Assembly: GCA_946537255.1 (NCBI GenBank)
Contig: CAMNFS010000001.1
Location: 31,713 to 95,712 of the forward strand
Length of the DNA: 64,000 bases
Reading direction: 5' to 3'
DNA from: an uncultured Erysipelotrichaceae bacterium
GTDB taxonomy: Bacteria > Bacillota_I > Bacilli_A > Erysipelotrichales > Erysipelotrichaceae
Shown here: positions 37,201 through 46,895 of the stretch, piece after piece
Position numbering within the stretch: the first letter of the stretch is position 1
How the letters are laid out: every line of letters starts with the position of its first letter
Position numbers and translations under genes: made by a program
The notes under the pieces: model-generated
What the model was told of the DNA's origin: nothing
Seen by the model: only the letters and a program-made list of their open reading frames with translations
Database searches by the model: none

Positions 37201-38277
37201 TCAGTCTCCGAAGCTGACGCCCATCAGCTTCGCTTCTTTGATAATCCGGGCATTGGGATCGACGGTCTTCAGCTTACCGGCAACTTCGGAAAGAGGCACC
37301 TTAACCATTTCACGGTTCTTGTATCCGACCATGAAGCCGTATTCTCCCTTGAGAATCAGACTTGCGGCTTCCGCTCCAAGACGGCTTGCGAACACCCGGT
37401 CATAGGCAACCGGCGCTCCGCCTCTCTGCACATGGCCAGGAACCGTAACACGTACTTCTCTTCCGGTCTCTCTGAAGATCTGATCCGCGAGTTCATAGGT
37501 GACAGACGGGAATTTGCTGTTGGCAAGCTTCTTCTTGTATTCCTTCTTGGAAAGCTTTGCATCCTCTTTGGAAATCGCACCTTCCGCTACGGCAATAATC
37601 GTGAAGCGGTGGCCTTCCCGGTCTCTTTTCTCAATGACATCCACAACCTTCTTGATGTCATACGGAATTTCCGGAAGAAGAATGATATCCGCACCGCCGG
37701 CAAGACCCGCGTTCAGCGGCAGCCATCCGACCTTGTGGCCCATGACTTCTACGATAAATACACGTCCATGGCTTGATGCGGTGGTATGAATCTCGTCAAT
37801 CGCGCGGGTCGCGATGTCAACTGCGGACTGAAAACCGAAGGTCATGTCCGTTCCCCAGAGATCGTTGTCAATGGTCTTCGGGAGCGTAACCACATTGAGG
37901 CCTTCTTCGCTCAGAAGATTCGCGGTTTTATGGCTTCCGTTTCCGCCGAGCATGACAAGGCAGTTCAGCTGAAGTTTATAATAGGTCTGCTTCATGGCCG
38001 CAACCTTGTCGAGCCCTTTTTCATCCGGCTCCCGGATTGTCTTGAACGGGCACCTGCTGGTTCCCAGTATCGTTCCGCCTACTGTGAGAATATTCGAGAA
38101 ATCCGCTTCGGTAAGGATACGGAATTTCCCATAGATCAGGCCTTTATACCCGTCTTCGAATCCATAGAACTCCACTGGTTCCTTTGAATTCTTTGTGACC
38201 GTTTTAAAAACACCGCGCATTGCCGCATTCAGTGCCTGGCAGTCACCGCCGCTCGTAAGCATTCCAATTCTAAGCAT
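37201..38277 (-). CDS. pfkA: ATP-dependent 6-phosphofructokinase
   Basis: It has MLTSGGDCQALNAA, GGNGSH (Gly at the ATP/PPi discriminator position) and TIDND. Length is 358 aa. Confidence 0.9.
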   Translation of the reverse strand: MLRIGMLTSGGDCQALNAAMRGVFKTVTKNSKEPVEFYGFEDGYKGLIYGKFRILTEADFSNILTVGGTILGTSRCPFKTIREPDEKGLDKVAAMKQTYYKLQLNCLVMLGGNGSHKTANLLSEEGLNVVTLPKTIDNDLWGTDMTFGFQSAVDIATRAIDEIHTTASSHGRVFIVEVMGHKVGWLPLNAGLAGGADIILLPEIPYDIKKVVDVIEKRDREGHRFTIIAVAEGAISKEDAKLSKKEYKKKLANSKFPSVTYELADQIFRETGREVRVTVPGHVQRGGAPVAYDRVFASRLGAEAASLILKGEYGFMVGYKNREMVKVPLSEVAGKLKTVDPNARIIKEAKLMGVSFGD

Positions 38278-38412
38278 TATTCTCTGTCCTCCTTGACAGT
38301 TAAGGTAAAGGGGATTCCCTTAATATTATTAAAGAACAAAGCAATCCTTCATTCAAGAAAAAAGTATCCTGAATTGACCGTTAATCATGAAACAGTTAGA
38401 ATAATCAAATAT

Positions 38413-39090
38413 ATGGAATGGTCAGAGCAGAAAGAAGAGAAGCAGGAAAGACACAGAAGCGTAATCGAGTGGTTTGACTCCCACCCGGTATTTGTGTCCC
38501 TTTTTTTCTGGGCCACCTACCTTCTGCTGTTTTTTGCGGTCGAACATGTCGGCCGCAGCAGTCACATCATGGTTCATTCCCGTCTGGACGATCTGATCCC
38601 TTTTGTCAAATATGCGGCGCCGTTCTATTACATCTGGTTCGCGGCTCTTCTGATCACCTTTCTGGTGTTTCTGTTTCACGAAAGCAGAACGCTTTACTGG
38701 AAGCTTTTTACATCGATGGTTCTCTGCACCATGTTATCGATCCTTCTGTATTTTCTCATCCCCAACGGAGTGAATCTTCGCCCTTCTTCCATCAGCGGCA
38801 GTGACCTGTTCTCCTGGATGGTGCGGATGATCTGGAAGGCAGATAATCCCTACAACGTCTGTCCAAGTCTGCATGTCTCCACTTCCCTGATCCTCGATCT
38901 TCTATGGCAGGAATCCTCTCTTCTTAAAACACCGGCTGAAAAAGCCGGGATTCATCTGACAGACGGTCTGATCATGCTTTCAACCGTCCTTCTCAAACAG
39001 CACTCCGTGATTGATGTCGGGGCTGGTATTCTCTTTGGCTGGCTGATGTACCGCCTTGGATCCTTTCTGACGGAACGATTCTACTGCTGA
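38413..39090 (+). CDS. PAP2-superfamily membrane phosphatase/transferase
   Basis: It is a multi-TM protein with PAP2 C2/C3 motifs (CPSLHV ... KQHSVIDV). I prefer ATG 38413 over the upstream TTG in the track. Confidence 0.78.
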   Translation: MEWSEQKEEKQERHRSVIEWFDSHPVFVSLFFWATYLLLFFAVEHVGRSSHIMVHSRLDDLIPFVKYAAPFYYIWFAALLITFLVFLFHESRTLYWKLFTSMVLCTMLSILLYFLIPNGVNLRPSSISGSDLFSWMVRMIWKADNPYNVCPSLHVSTSLILDLLWQESSLLKTPAEKAGIHLTDGLIMLSTVLLKQHSVIDVGAGILFGWLMYRLGSFLTERFYC

Positions 39091-39158
39091 ATCTGTTTTC
39101 CCTTTCACGAAGTCAGAAATCAACCCAATCATGTAATAACCATATATAATAAACTTGT

Positions 39159-41333
39159 ATGAAATTTTTCTCGGGGAAGATCAGTAAATTTTCTAAAAAA
39201 TTCAGGAATATCGCGTTTTTTATCGTGATCGCTCTGTGCATCAATCTGATCTGCAACCGGATTGCGGTTTTTCTGAATCTGCCCATCTATCTGGACGCGG
39301 TCGGAACCATTCTTATTTCGGTTGTAAGCGGCCCTGTGCCGGGCGTGATTGTCGGTTTTCTGACCAATTTCATCAATGCCGTGAATGATATCAATAATGC
39401 CTATTACGGCGTCATCAATGTCATCATTGCGATTACAGCCTGGTACTATTCCACCATCAACTGCTACAGAACTCTGCCGAAGGCGATTCTGACCGCCCTG
39501 CCAATGGCGCTCATCGCCGGCACCTACAGTGCCTTTCTGACATTCTGTCTCAACGGCTTCGGGTATGCGGATGAAATCTCCACAGCGGCAGGCACTGGTT
39601 TTTTTGCGCAGAATCACCTTCTGGATTTCTCCAGTTCCCTGTTTCATGAGCTGACTGTGGATCTTGGCGACAAGCTGATCAGCGTCATTCTGGTTTTCTT
39701 CCTGATGAAGCTGATCTCCGCCCGCTGGAAGGAAGAACTGAAGTTCTACGACTGGAAACAGAAGCCGCTCTCTGAGCAGGAAATGAAGGACGCGGAACAA
39801 ACCATCCGGGCCGGCAGTTCCCTTCGCTCCAAGGTTGTTCATCTGATCATTATTGCGATGCTGTTTGTCGCCGCCATCACCATCGGCATCTCCTACCGTC
39901 TGTATGAGCGGGCAAGTTATTCGGAACATATTACGCTCGGCAAAGGTGCCGCAACGCTGATCTCCACCATTGTGGATGGAGACCGGGTGGATGAATTCAT
40001 ACAGTTCGGGGAATACGCCCCCGGATACCGTTATACCAAGCAGCAGCTGGAAAGCATCCGGACGACCAATGACAATATTCTCTATGTCTATGTATACAAG
40101 ATCGATCCGGATGGATGTCATGTCGTATTCGATCTCGATACGCCCGACACACCCGGCGGAAAACCCGGTGATCTTGTGGAGTTTGATGAGGCATTTGTTC
40201 CCTATCTCAACGATCTGTTCGAAGGAAAGGAAATCGACCCGATTGAGTCCAACGAATCCTTCGGATGGCTGCTCACGGTATACAAGCCGATCCGCAATTC
40301 CCAGGGAAAGACAACCGCCTACGCATGTATTGATATTTCGATGGATGAGGTTACCGCAAATGAAGTCAGTTTCTTCGCGAAGGTTCTCTCCCTGTTCCTT
40401 GGCTTCTTCATCATGATCATCACCATCGGGATTACTCTTTCGGAATTCCATCTGATTCTGCCATTGAACACCATGGCAACTTCCGCGCACTCCTTCGCCT
40501 ACAATAATGAAGAAGAGCGTAAGAAAACCGTCAATAACTTCCGCAGTCTGGATATCAGCACCGAGGATGAAATCCAGAACCTGTATACCGCCTTTTCCCT
40601 GACGATTGAAGATACGGTCCGTTATATCGCCAATGTTGAGCGTACAACCAGTGAACTCAACAGGATGCAGAACGGGCTCATCATGGTGCTGGCGGACATG
40701 GTGGAAAGCCGGGATGAGTGTACCGGTGATCATGTCAGAAAGACCGCCCAGTACTGCCGGATCATCCTTGATCAGCTCAAGAAAAACGGCTGGTATACGG
40801 ATCAGCTCTCGGACGCGTTTATCGAGGACGTCGTGAATTCCGCTCCGCTCCACGATGTCGGAAAAATCAAGGTCAGCGATACCATCCTCAACAAGCCGGG
40901 CAAGCTCACGGATGAAGAGTTTGAAATCATGAAAACACATACCACTGCCGGCAAGGAAATCATCCGGCAGGCCATGGCAATGGTCAGCACGGACAGCGGT
41001 TATCTCAGGGAAGCGATGAATCTTGCGGCCTATCATCATGAGAAATGGAACGGCAAGGGATATCCAAACGGTCTTTCCGGTGAAGAGATTCCTCTTTCCG
41101 CAAGAGTCATGGCGGTCGCGGATGTATTCGATGCCCTCGTTTCCGAACGCAGCTACAAGAAACCATTCAGCTTCGAGCAGGCATGTGACATTATCAAAAA
41201 GGATGCCGGAACGCATTTCGATCCGAAGATTGCGGAAGCGTTCCTGCAGGTCAAGGACAAAGCCCGCAGGATTGCCGAGGCAAATCTTGGAACCTCCCTG
41301 CCAAGTGAATATCAGATCGACGAAAAAGCCTGA
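39159..41333 (+). CDS. HD-GYP domain c-di-GMP phosphodiesterase with polytopic membrane and extracytoplasmic sensor modules
   Basis: The C-terminal HD-GYP motifs are present (HDVGK ... HHEKWNGKGYPNGL). About 6 N-terminal TM helices are followed by a roughly 190-aa loop domain and a further TM. Length is 724 aa. Confidence 0.9.
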   Translation: MKFFSGKISKFSKKFRNIAFFIVIALCINLICNRIAVFLNLPIYLDAVGTILISVVSGPVPGVIVGFLTNFINAVNDINNAYYGVINVIIAITAWYYSTINCYRTLPKAILTALPMALIAGTYSAFLTFCLNGFGYADEISTAAGTGFFAQNHLLDFSSSLFHELTVDLGDKLISVILVFFLMKLISARWKEELKFYDWKQKPLSEQEMKDAEQTIRAGSSLRSKVVHLIIIAMLFVAAITIGISYRLYERASYSEHITLGKGAATLISTIVDGDRVDEFIQFGEYAPGYRYTKQQLESIRTTNDNILYVYVYKIDPDGCHVVFDLDTPDTPGGKPGDLVEFDEAFVPYLNDLFEGKEIDPIESNESFGWLLTVYKPIRNSQGKTTAYACIDISMDEVTANEVSFFAKVLSLFLGFFIMIITIGITLSEFHLILPLNTMATSAHSFAYNNEEERKKTVNNFRSLDISTEDEIQNLYTAFSLTIEDTVRYIANVERTTSELNRMQNGLIMVLADMVESRDECTGDHVRKTAQYCRIILDQLKKNGWYTDQLSDAFIEDVVNSAPLHDVGKIKVSDTILNKPGKLTDEEFEIMKTHTTAGKEIIRQAMAMVSTDSGYLREAMNLAAYHHEKWNGKGYPNGLSGEEIPLSARVMAVADVFDALVSERSYKKPFSFEQACDIIKKDAGTHFDPKIAEAFLQVKDKARRIAEANLGTSLPSEYQIDEKA

Positions 41334-41350
41334 GAATTCTCAGGCTTTGT

Positions 41351-42064
41351 TTATCCGTTGTTCTGTTCAGGGGCAGAAGCTGCCTCTTTTTTCTTCTTCC
41401 GCTTCTTCCTTCTTCTGCGCTTGTCCACTTCATCCAGTGCCCCGTCATACGCTAACAGCAGCACCGTGGAAATCCAGACTCCGCCGAGAATATCAGTGAA
41501 CCAGTGCACACCGGAGAACAGTCTTGAAAGCACCGAAGCCACCAGAAGAACACCTGTCACAATACTCAGAATCCGGCACATCTTCCGATCCTTTACATAC
41601 CGCTGAATCAGCAGGAAGAAGCTTCCGTTGAACACCATTCCGAGCATCGTATGGCTGGAAGGAAACGAGGCTTCCACATGTTCCTCGCCCGGCATGATCA
41701 CCGGACGGTAGTTGATGATGACCACCTCAAACAGGATATAGATCACAATCACCGCAAAATAGAGTACATAGGTTGCCAGCAGCGCATGATCCACCTTCAT
41801 GATATGACGCTTCCTGACAATCATATACACCCCATACAGAGCCATCAGTACGGCTCCAAGGATGGAAACATAGCCGAACAGCTTGGAAATGGTATACCAG
41901 GTATTATTGAATCCAAGCATATTGTGAATCGCGCCGTTTACCGTCGCAAATCCGACACTGGTATCCTCCGGGCCGATCGGGGCAACATCGAATGTCTTCA
42001 GAAGAATAATGAATACAATCCAGAGGGCAAAGATAATTCCCGATCCCAAAAACTTTCTGCTCAT
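41351..42064 (-). CDS. PAP2 family phosphatase with polybasic C-terminal tail
   Basis: It has the PAP2 motifs SFPSSHT and SRLFSGVHWFTDILGG, and the tail DKRRRRKKRKKKKE. I prefer the start MSRKFLG (42064). Confidence 0.78.
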   Translation of the reverse strand: MSRKFLGSGIIFALWIVFIILLKTFDVAPIGPEDTSVGFATVNGAIHNMLGFNNTWYTISKLFGYVSILGAVLMALYGVYMIVRKRHIMKVDHALLATYVLYFAVIVIYILFEVVIINYRPVIMPGEEHVEASFPSSHTMLGMVFNGSFFLLIQRYVKDRKMCRILSIVTGVLLVASVLSRLFSGVHWFTDILGGVWISTVLLLAYDGALDEVDKRRRRKKRKKKKEAASAPEQNNG

Positions 42065-42177
42065 ACAACTCCCTTCTTTACCGGTATTCATTGTAACCGC
42101 AGACGATCTCCTGCTCAAGCAGAAGATCAACGCATTGTTTCACGGCTTCCGCGCAGAAAGAAAAACAGCTGATTCCT

Positions 42178-43144
42178 TCAAAGGAATACCTCAAGCTGTT
42201 TCATTGCCATTGTGGCATACGCCCCCATCGGCAGAAAGAAGGAAACGGTCAGCACGGCTTTTCCTGGATGGAACACATCTTCCTCACAGCCAAGAAAATT
42301 GATGTTCGTCGTTACCAGAAGCTTGCGCGGTACCTCCTGTTCAAGCGTATGAACCCGGAATGAACCGATCCTTTCCTCCGGAAAATCCTCCTGCAGAAGC
42401 GCTGCCATAGTCTTTTTTTCCTTCATCTTCTATAGGTATGATGGGCCCGTTCTGTTGCAGAATATTCCCGAGCCGCTGGTTGAAGTCTGCGGCGTAAAGC
42501 GCGGAATCATAGAATCCCCTTACCCGGGCATCAATCTGATCGAAAAACTTCTCATAATCTCCGTCAAACGGAAGAACTGCTTCTCTGGTTCCTGATTCCA
42601 GAAGATATTCATACGCCTTCCGATAGTCTTTATGGAAAAGTGCTTCACCGATCAGATGAGTCTGTTTCTTGTATCCGGATTTGCCAACCCGCTGCTTGTC
42701 AAAGTAGTTCGGGAAAACAAGCGTGTAGATCTGCTTATGGAGTCAGCTTTCCGCCTTTGCCCGATCCAACCCCCGCAGACGCAGCCGGAAGACATTCCCT
42801 TCCAGCCGGGCCGGCTTCAAAGGCTCCTTGATATAGCCAAGAAATGTCAGATGGATGAAACGGTCCGCTTCGGTGTGTTCCAAATTGAACGCGTCGATCC
42901 GCTTCAGATTGTCCCGGTACTGTACCGGGATACTGACCTTCTGGGAGGTGATGCCGTCACTGTCCTTCAGTCCGGCCCTTCCATCTGGCTGATACCAAAC
43001 CAGGATTCCGCTGTCTTCATGGCATCGAAGGTAGAGAATCCTTTCTTTTCAAGTCCCAGAAGGATAATCCTCTGCCGTGTGTTCTGTTACAAGCACCTCC
43101 TGAACAATGAAATCCTCCGGAATGTACTTAATGATGATTCTGAA
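42178..43144 (-). pseudogene. truD: tRNA pseudouridine(13) synthase TruD, disrupted
   Basis: Minus-strand translation across three frames gives IIKYIPEDFIVQEVL, ILLGLEKKGFSTFDAMKTAESWFGISQMEG, AGLKDSDGITSQKVSI, VFPNYFDKQRVG and SFFLPMGAYATMAMKQL. There is no ATG, at least 3 frameshifts, and an in-frame TGA at 42743-42745. Only an 82-aa tail ORF survives. Confidence 0.75.
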
Positions 43145-46100
43145 TTACCCTTCCTGATCGGACCTGTTTCTCTCTGCAAGAGAGGCAATGGTAGCATACA
43201 GTTTATCCGGCTCAACCGGTTTGGAAAGATGGGCGTTCATACCCGCCTCCAGGGATCTTTCCACATCCTCATCAAACACGTTGGCGGTCATGGCAATAAT
43301 CGGAATGGTCTTTGCGTCAGGCCGTTCCAGAGCCCGGATTGCCCTGGTAGCAGAAAGACCGTCCATCACCGGCATCCTGACATCCATGAGAATGACGTTA
43401 TAATAACCGGCCGGCTTTTTGGAAAACATCTGTACGGCAATCTGTCCGTTCTCCGCGTGTTCCGTTTCAATATCTTCAAGCGAAAGCAGATCTTCCAGAA
43501 TTTCCGCGTTCTGTTCGACATCCTCTGCCATCAGCACTCTGAGTCCGGCAAGATCCGTTCCGCTTTCCTTTGTATCCGCGGTGTCGGTCTCGATGATTCC
43601 CTTCTTCTTCTGCAGGACATGCTGAATCTCCCGCATCAGGGTATCAGTAAACAGCGGCTTCGCCAGAATACCGTCAACCCCTTCCATTTTCGCTTCGTTC
43701 TCAATGACATTCCAGCTGTATCCCGTCAGCATGATCACAGCCGGATCATTCCCGGCGCAGGCGCGGATGGCTCTTGTCACATCCAGTCCATCCTTTTCCG
43801 GCATCCTGTAATCGGTGAGGATCAGCTGATATGGATGATCCGTATCCGCGGCGGCCTTGATCCTTTCAACTGCCCGATTCGGATTCTGTTCGGTATCCGC
43901 TTCAATGCCAAGGCTCTTCAGCACGACCTGAGCGTGCTCTCGCGCAATCTCATCATCATCGATGACAATCGCCCGAAGATTCTCCGGCAGTACGATACCG
44001 TTTTCTGCCTGGTAGGTACGGTCACTTTCCTTGAGGGCAACCGTCACAGTGAAGGTCGTTCCGACTCCTTTTTCACTTTCTACGGAAATAGTCCCGTTCA
44101 TCATTTCCACAAAGTTCTTTGTGATCGCCATGCCAAGACCGCTTCCTCCATACTTGTTGGTAGAAGTCGCGTCCTCCTGGGAAAAGGCCTCGAAAATCTT
44201 CGGAATAAATTCCTTGTCCATGCCGATTCCTGTATCCGCCATCCGAAACCGCATGGTTCCCAATCCATCCTGACTGCTGATCTGCTCCACGGTAAGCGTG
44301 ACCAGTCCCGGTGCCTCGGTGAATTTGACGGAGTTGCCCAGGATATTGATCAGCACCTGCTTCAGCTTCATGTCATCTCCGCAGTAGTAGTCACAGACAT
44401 GGCCGATGATATTGCATTCATAGTGCAGTCCCTTATCCTGACACTGCCCGTTGATCATGATATTGATCTGATCCAGAAACTCCCGGAAGGAGAATTCCTC
44501 ATTCTTCAGAACCATCCGTCCGGATTCAATCCGGCTCATATCCAGAATGTCATTGATCAAGCCAAGCAGATGCTTCGCGCTGGCTCCGATCTTTTCCAGA
44601 TGTTCCCTTGTGCGCGGCGACAGATCCGGATCTCTCAGGGCTATGTTGTCCAGGCCGATGATCGCGTTCATCGGGGTTCTGATCTCATGGCTCATATTGG
44701 AAAGAAAGCTGGTCTTGGCCCGGCTGCTCTCTTCCGCCAGAGCCTTTTCAATCTCGGTCTGCTTTTCCCGCTTCTGCATCTGATTGTAGATATCAAACAG
44801 CAGTGCCAGAGCTATGACAACCAGGGCGGTCTGAATCAGTACACTGATCCCCAGCGTACGATTGATTTCACTCAGAACATCCCGGAGATACATGACCGCA
44901 GGTCTTGTCGCGGTACTTGTCACATCAATTCCTGCCGCTTCCAGCTGGCCGGTATAGTATTCCTGAATCGGGGTTACAGAACTTTCCACAGCCGACTCCG
45001 CCGTCTGACGCATCCAGACACTGGAGGTAAAGATAATCAGGCCAAGCAGAACCACCCAGGCAACAATCGAATGCCCAAGCCGCCTCTGCTTGTCGTTATG
45101 CATGATATGGCGGAACAGGAAAAGTCCGAGAATTCCCCACGCCGCAAGAATCAGATAGGATTCCGTGGAAAGCGTTTTGACGGAAATGATATTCGGAACC
45201 AGAAATTCCAGAGCGAAAAGAATCGAGAAAAACTGGCCGGCAAATCCGCAGACAGAGGCGGTGCTGTTCTTTTCCTTTCTGGCAAGACGATAGGTGCAGG
45301 CACTGGCAAACGCGTACGCAATCGTCGCTCCGACCGTGGTGACATCTACAATCCAGCTGATCGCGGTGCGTCCGAAAAAAGGAAGAATCACAGAAATGCC
45401 GAGAATCAGAAAGATTGCCTTGCGGGGAACAAAATGCTCATCCAGTTCACCGATCCACTCCGGCAGCATCCCATCCATGGACAGTGTCGCAAGCAGCCGG
45501 CTCAGGGCAATGTAATTGCCGATAAGACCGGTGAAAATCGCGCAGAGCGCAATCACTCCAAGCAGGATCGGGCCAGCGCTTCCCATAGCGGTCTGTACCG
45601 CGTAGAAGGTCGGAACAGATGCTGTACCGCTGTACTGATCCAGATGAAAGATATAATCCATCCACGATCCGCAGCCCTCCGGGAAAGCGGTCGCCGCCAG
45701 TAGAGAAAGCAGAATATAGGCAATCGCCCCGGTGATTACCGCGGCAGAAAGAATTCCGAATGATTTCTTCAGGGGAAAAGCCGCTTCACTGGAAGAATGC
45801 GAAATGGATTCAAATCCGACAAAGGCCCAGGGAGCCAGGGCAAAAACCGTAAAGATCCCTTCCCCGGCGGAATGTCCCGGTACAAAGGCCGGCTGAAATC
45901 CATTGACAGCACCGGGATTTCCAAGCGCGCCGACAAAGCAGACAATGATGCCGAAGAAAAGAAAAACCGCCATGATCACCTGAATCCGTTCAGAGATCTT
46001 TCGGTGAAGGCAGAACAGCGCAGAAACAACCAGGGAAACAACAGCCAGCAGGATTTCTCCCATGTATACATGAAAACCGGCAATCACATAATGAAAGCCA

Positions 46101-46492
46101 AACTGAAAGACATTGCCGAGCACCGCCCTGGCTATGAGCGGAAGCGCTGTTGCATTCGCCCAGATAATCGCGATATATGTCAGAGTCAGAAACCACGCAA
46201 TCAGGAATCCATGGTCATATCCGAACACATTCTTGGTATAGGTATAGGTTCCTCCCCCGTCCTGAAAGCGGTTCATCAGGAAATGAAAATTGACCGCCAG
46301 CACCAGCATGACCAGTGCTCCCAGAGTAATTCCGATCAGCGTTCCGATCGGCCCGGCAACCGGCAGGAAGGTCGTTCCGGGCATCACAAAAGATCCCCAT
46401 CCGACACTGCACCCAAAGGCAAGCGCCCATGCGCCCGGTACAGTTAAATAGGCAAACTCCCGACGAAGTCCCGGCCCGTTATTCTGACTCAT
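43145..46492 (-). CDS. Hybrid sensor histidine kinase with N-terminal APC-superfamily amino-acid-permease domain and two receiver domains
   Basis: About 470 N-terminal aa have APC hallmarks (GSFVMPG...[38 protein letters not shown]) and at least 12 TM helices. The kinase core has the H-box [19 protein letters not shown] and GGSGLGM. There are two REC domains ([11 protein letters not shown]; [11 protein letters not shown]). SD GGGGAGAAAG lies before ATG 46492. Confidence 0.9.
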   Translation of the reverse strand: MSQNNGPGLRREFAYLTVPGAWALAFGCSVGWGSFVMPGTTFLPVAGPIGTLIGITLGALVMLVLAVNFHFLMNRFQDGGGTYTYTKNVFGYDHGFLIAWFLTLTYIAIIWANATALPLIARAVLGNVFQFGFHYVIAGFHVYMGEILLAVVSLVVSALFCLHRKISERIQVIMAVFLFFGIIVCFVGALGNPGAVNGFQPAFVPGHSAGEGIFTVFALAPWAFVGFESISHSSSEAAFPLKKSFGILSAAVITGAIAYILLSLLAATAFPEGCGSWMDYIFHLDQYSGTASVPTFYAVQTAMGSAGPILLGVIALCAIFTGLIGNYIALSRLLATLSMDGMLPEWIGELDEHFVPRKAIFLILGISVILPFFGRTAISWIVDVTTVGATIAYAFASACTYRLARKEKNSTASVCGFAGQFFSILFALEFLVPNIISVKTLSTESYLILAAWGILGLFLFRHIMHNDKQRRLGHSIVAWVVLLGLIIFTSSVWMRQTAESAVESSVTPIQEYYTGQLEAAGIDVTSTATRPAVMYLRDVLSEINRTLGISVLIQTALVVIALALLFDIYNQMQKREKQTEIEKALAEESSRAKTSFLSNMSHEIRTPMNAIIGLDNIALRDPDLSPRTREHLEKIGASAKHLLGLINDILDMSRIESGRMVLKNEEFSFREFLDQINIMINGQCQDKGLHYECNIIGHVCDYYCGDDMKLKQVLINILGNSVKFTEAPGLVTLTVEQISSQDGLGTMRFRMADTGIGMDKEFIPKIFEAFSQEDATSTNKYGGSGLGMAITKNFVEMMNGTISVESEKGVGTTFTVTVALKESDRTYQAENGIVLPENLRAIVIDDDEIAREHAQVVLKSLGIEADTEQNPNRAVERIKAAADTDHPYQLILTDYRMPEKDGLDVTRAIRACAGNDPAVIMLTGYSWNVIENEAKMEGVDGILAKPLFTDTLMREIQHVLQKKKGIIETDTADTKESGTDLAGLRVLMAEDVEQNAEILEDLLSLEDIETEHAENGQIAVQMFSKKPAGYYNVILMDVRMPVMDGLSATRAIRALERPDAKTIPIIAMTANVFDEDVERSLEAGMNAHLSKPVEPDKLYATIASLAERNRSDQEG

Positions 46493-46526
46493 AAGAAAAC
46501 TTTCTCCCCTGACATGCCTTCCGTAC

Positions 46527-46895
46527 TTATGCTCCTTCGTACTGACGGATTCCATCCACTGCTTTCTGATACAGTTTCTCTATTTCCGCAAGCTTCTCAC
46601 GGACCATTTCATCACTCATGGAGCGGGCATTGCCAGGCCGGTATTCCTCAGCAATTTCCGAAGCCGCATCGGCGATTTTCACAAGACCCAGATTGGCACA
46701 GACTCCCTTCGCTGCATGAGCGGTTTCAAACAGCTGTGTGGGATCCATGGTTTTTCCCGCTTCCAGAAGAGAGGCAACCACCCCGTTTTTCACAAGTTTG
46801 CGGATATGCTTGTCAATCAGTTTTTCCACCATGAGCACATGGATGGCCCGTTCATAATCGCCGTCGATCAGCTGATACAGTTCCTGAAGTGTCAT
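46527..46895 (-). CDS. Stand-alone Hpt (histidine phosphotransfer) protein
   Basis: 122 aa, helical, with the Hpt motif [13 protein letters not shown]. Its ATG overlaps the upstream stop codon (ATGA). Confidence 0.85.
   Translation of the reverse strand: MTLQELYQLIDGDYERAIHVLMVEKLIDKHIRKLVKNGVVASLLEAGKTMDPTQLFETAHAAKGVCANLGLVKIADAASEIAEEYRPGNARSMSDEMVREKLAEIEKLYQKAVDGIRQYEGA

Noticed and set aside
42632-45703. Very long plus-strand ORF (1023 aa) antisense to the APC-hybrid kinase. Similar long antisense ORFs occur at 39129-41216(-), 51257-53200(+), 36010-37776(+), 33135-34805(+), 8698-10020(+), 3597-4832(+), 26413-27372(-), 23699-24430(-) and 10336-11358(+).
   Set aside because: Their translations are low-complexity and rich in R/G/P/H, with no recognisable motifs. 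The opposite strand in each case encodes a protein with clear family signatures. Long stop-free antisense frames are a known by-product of codon bias.
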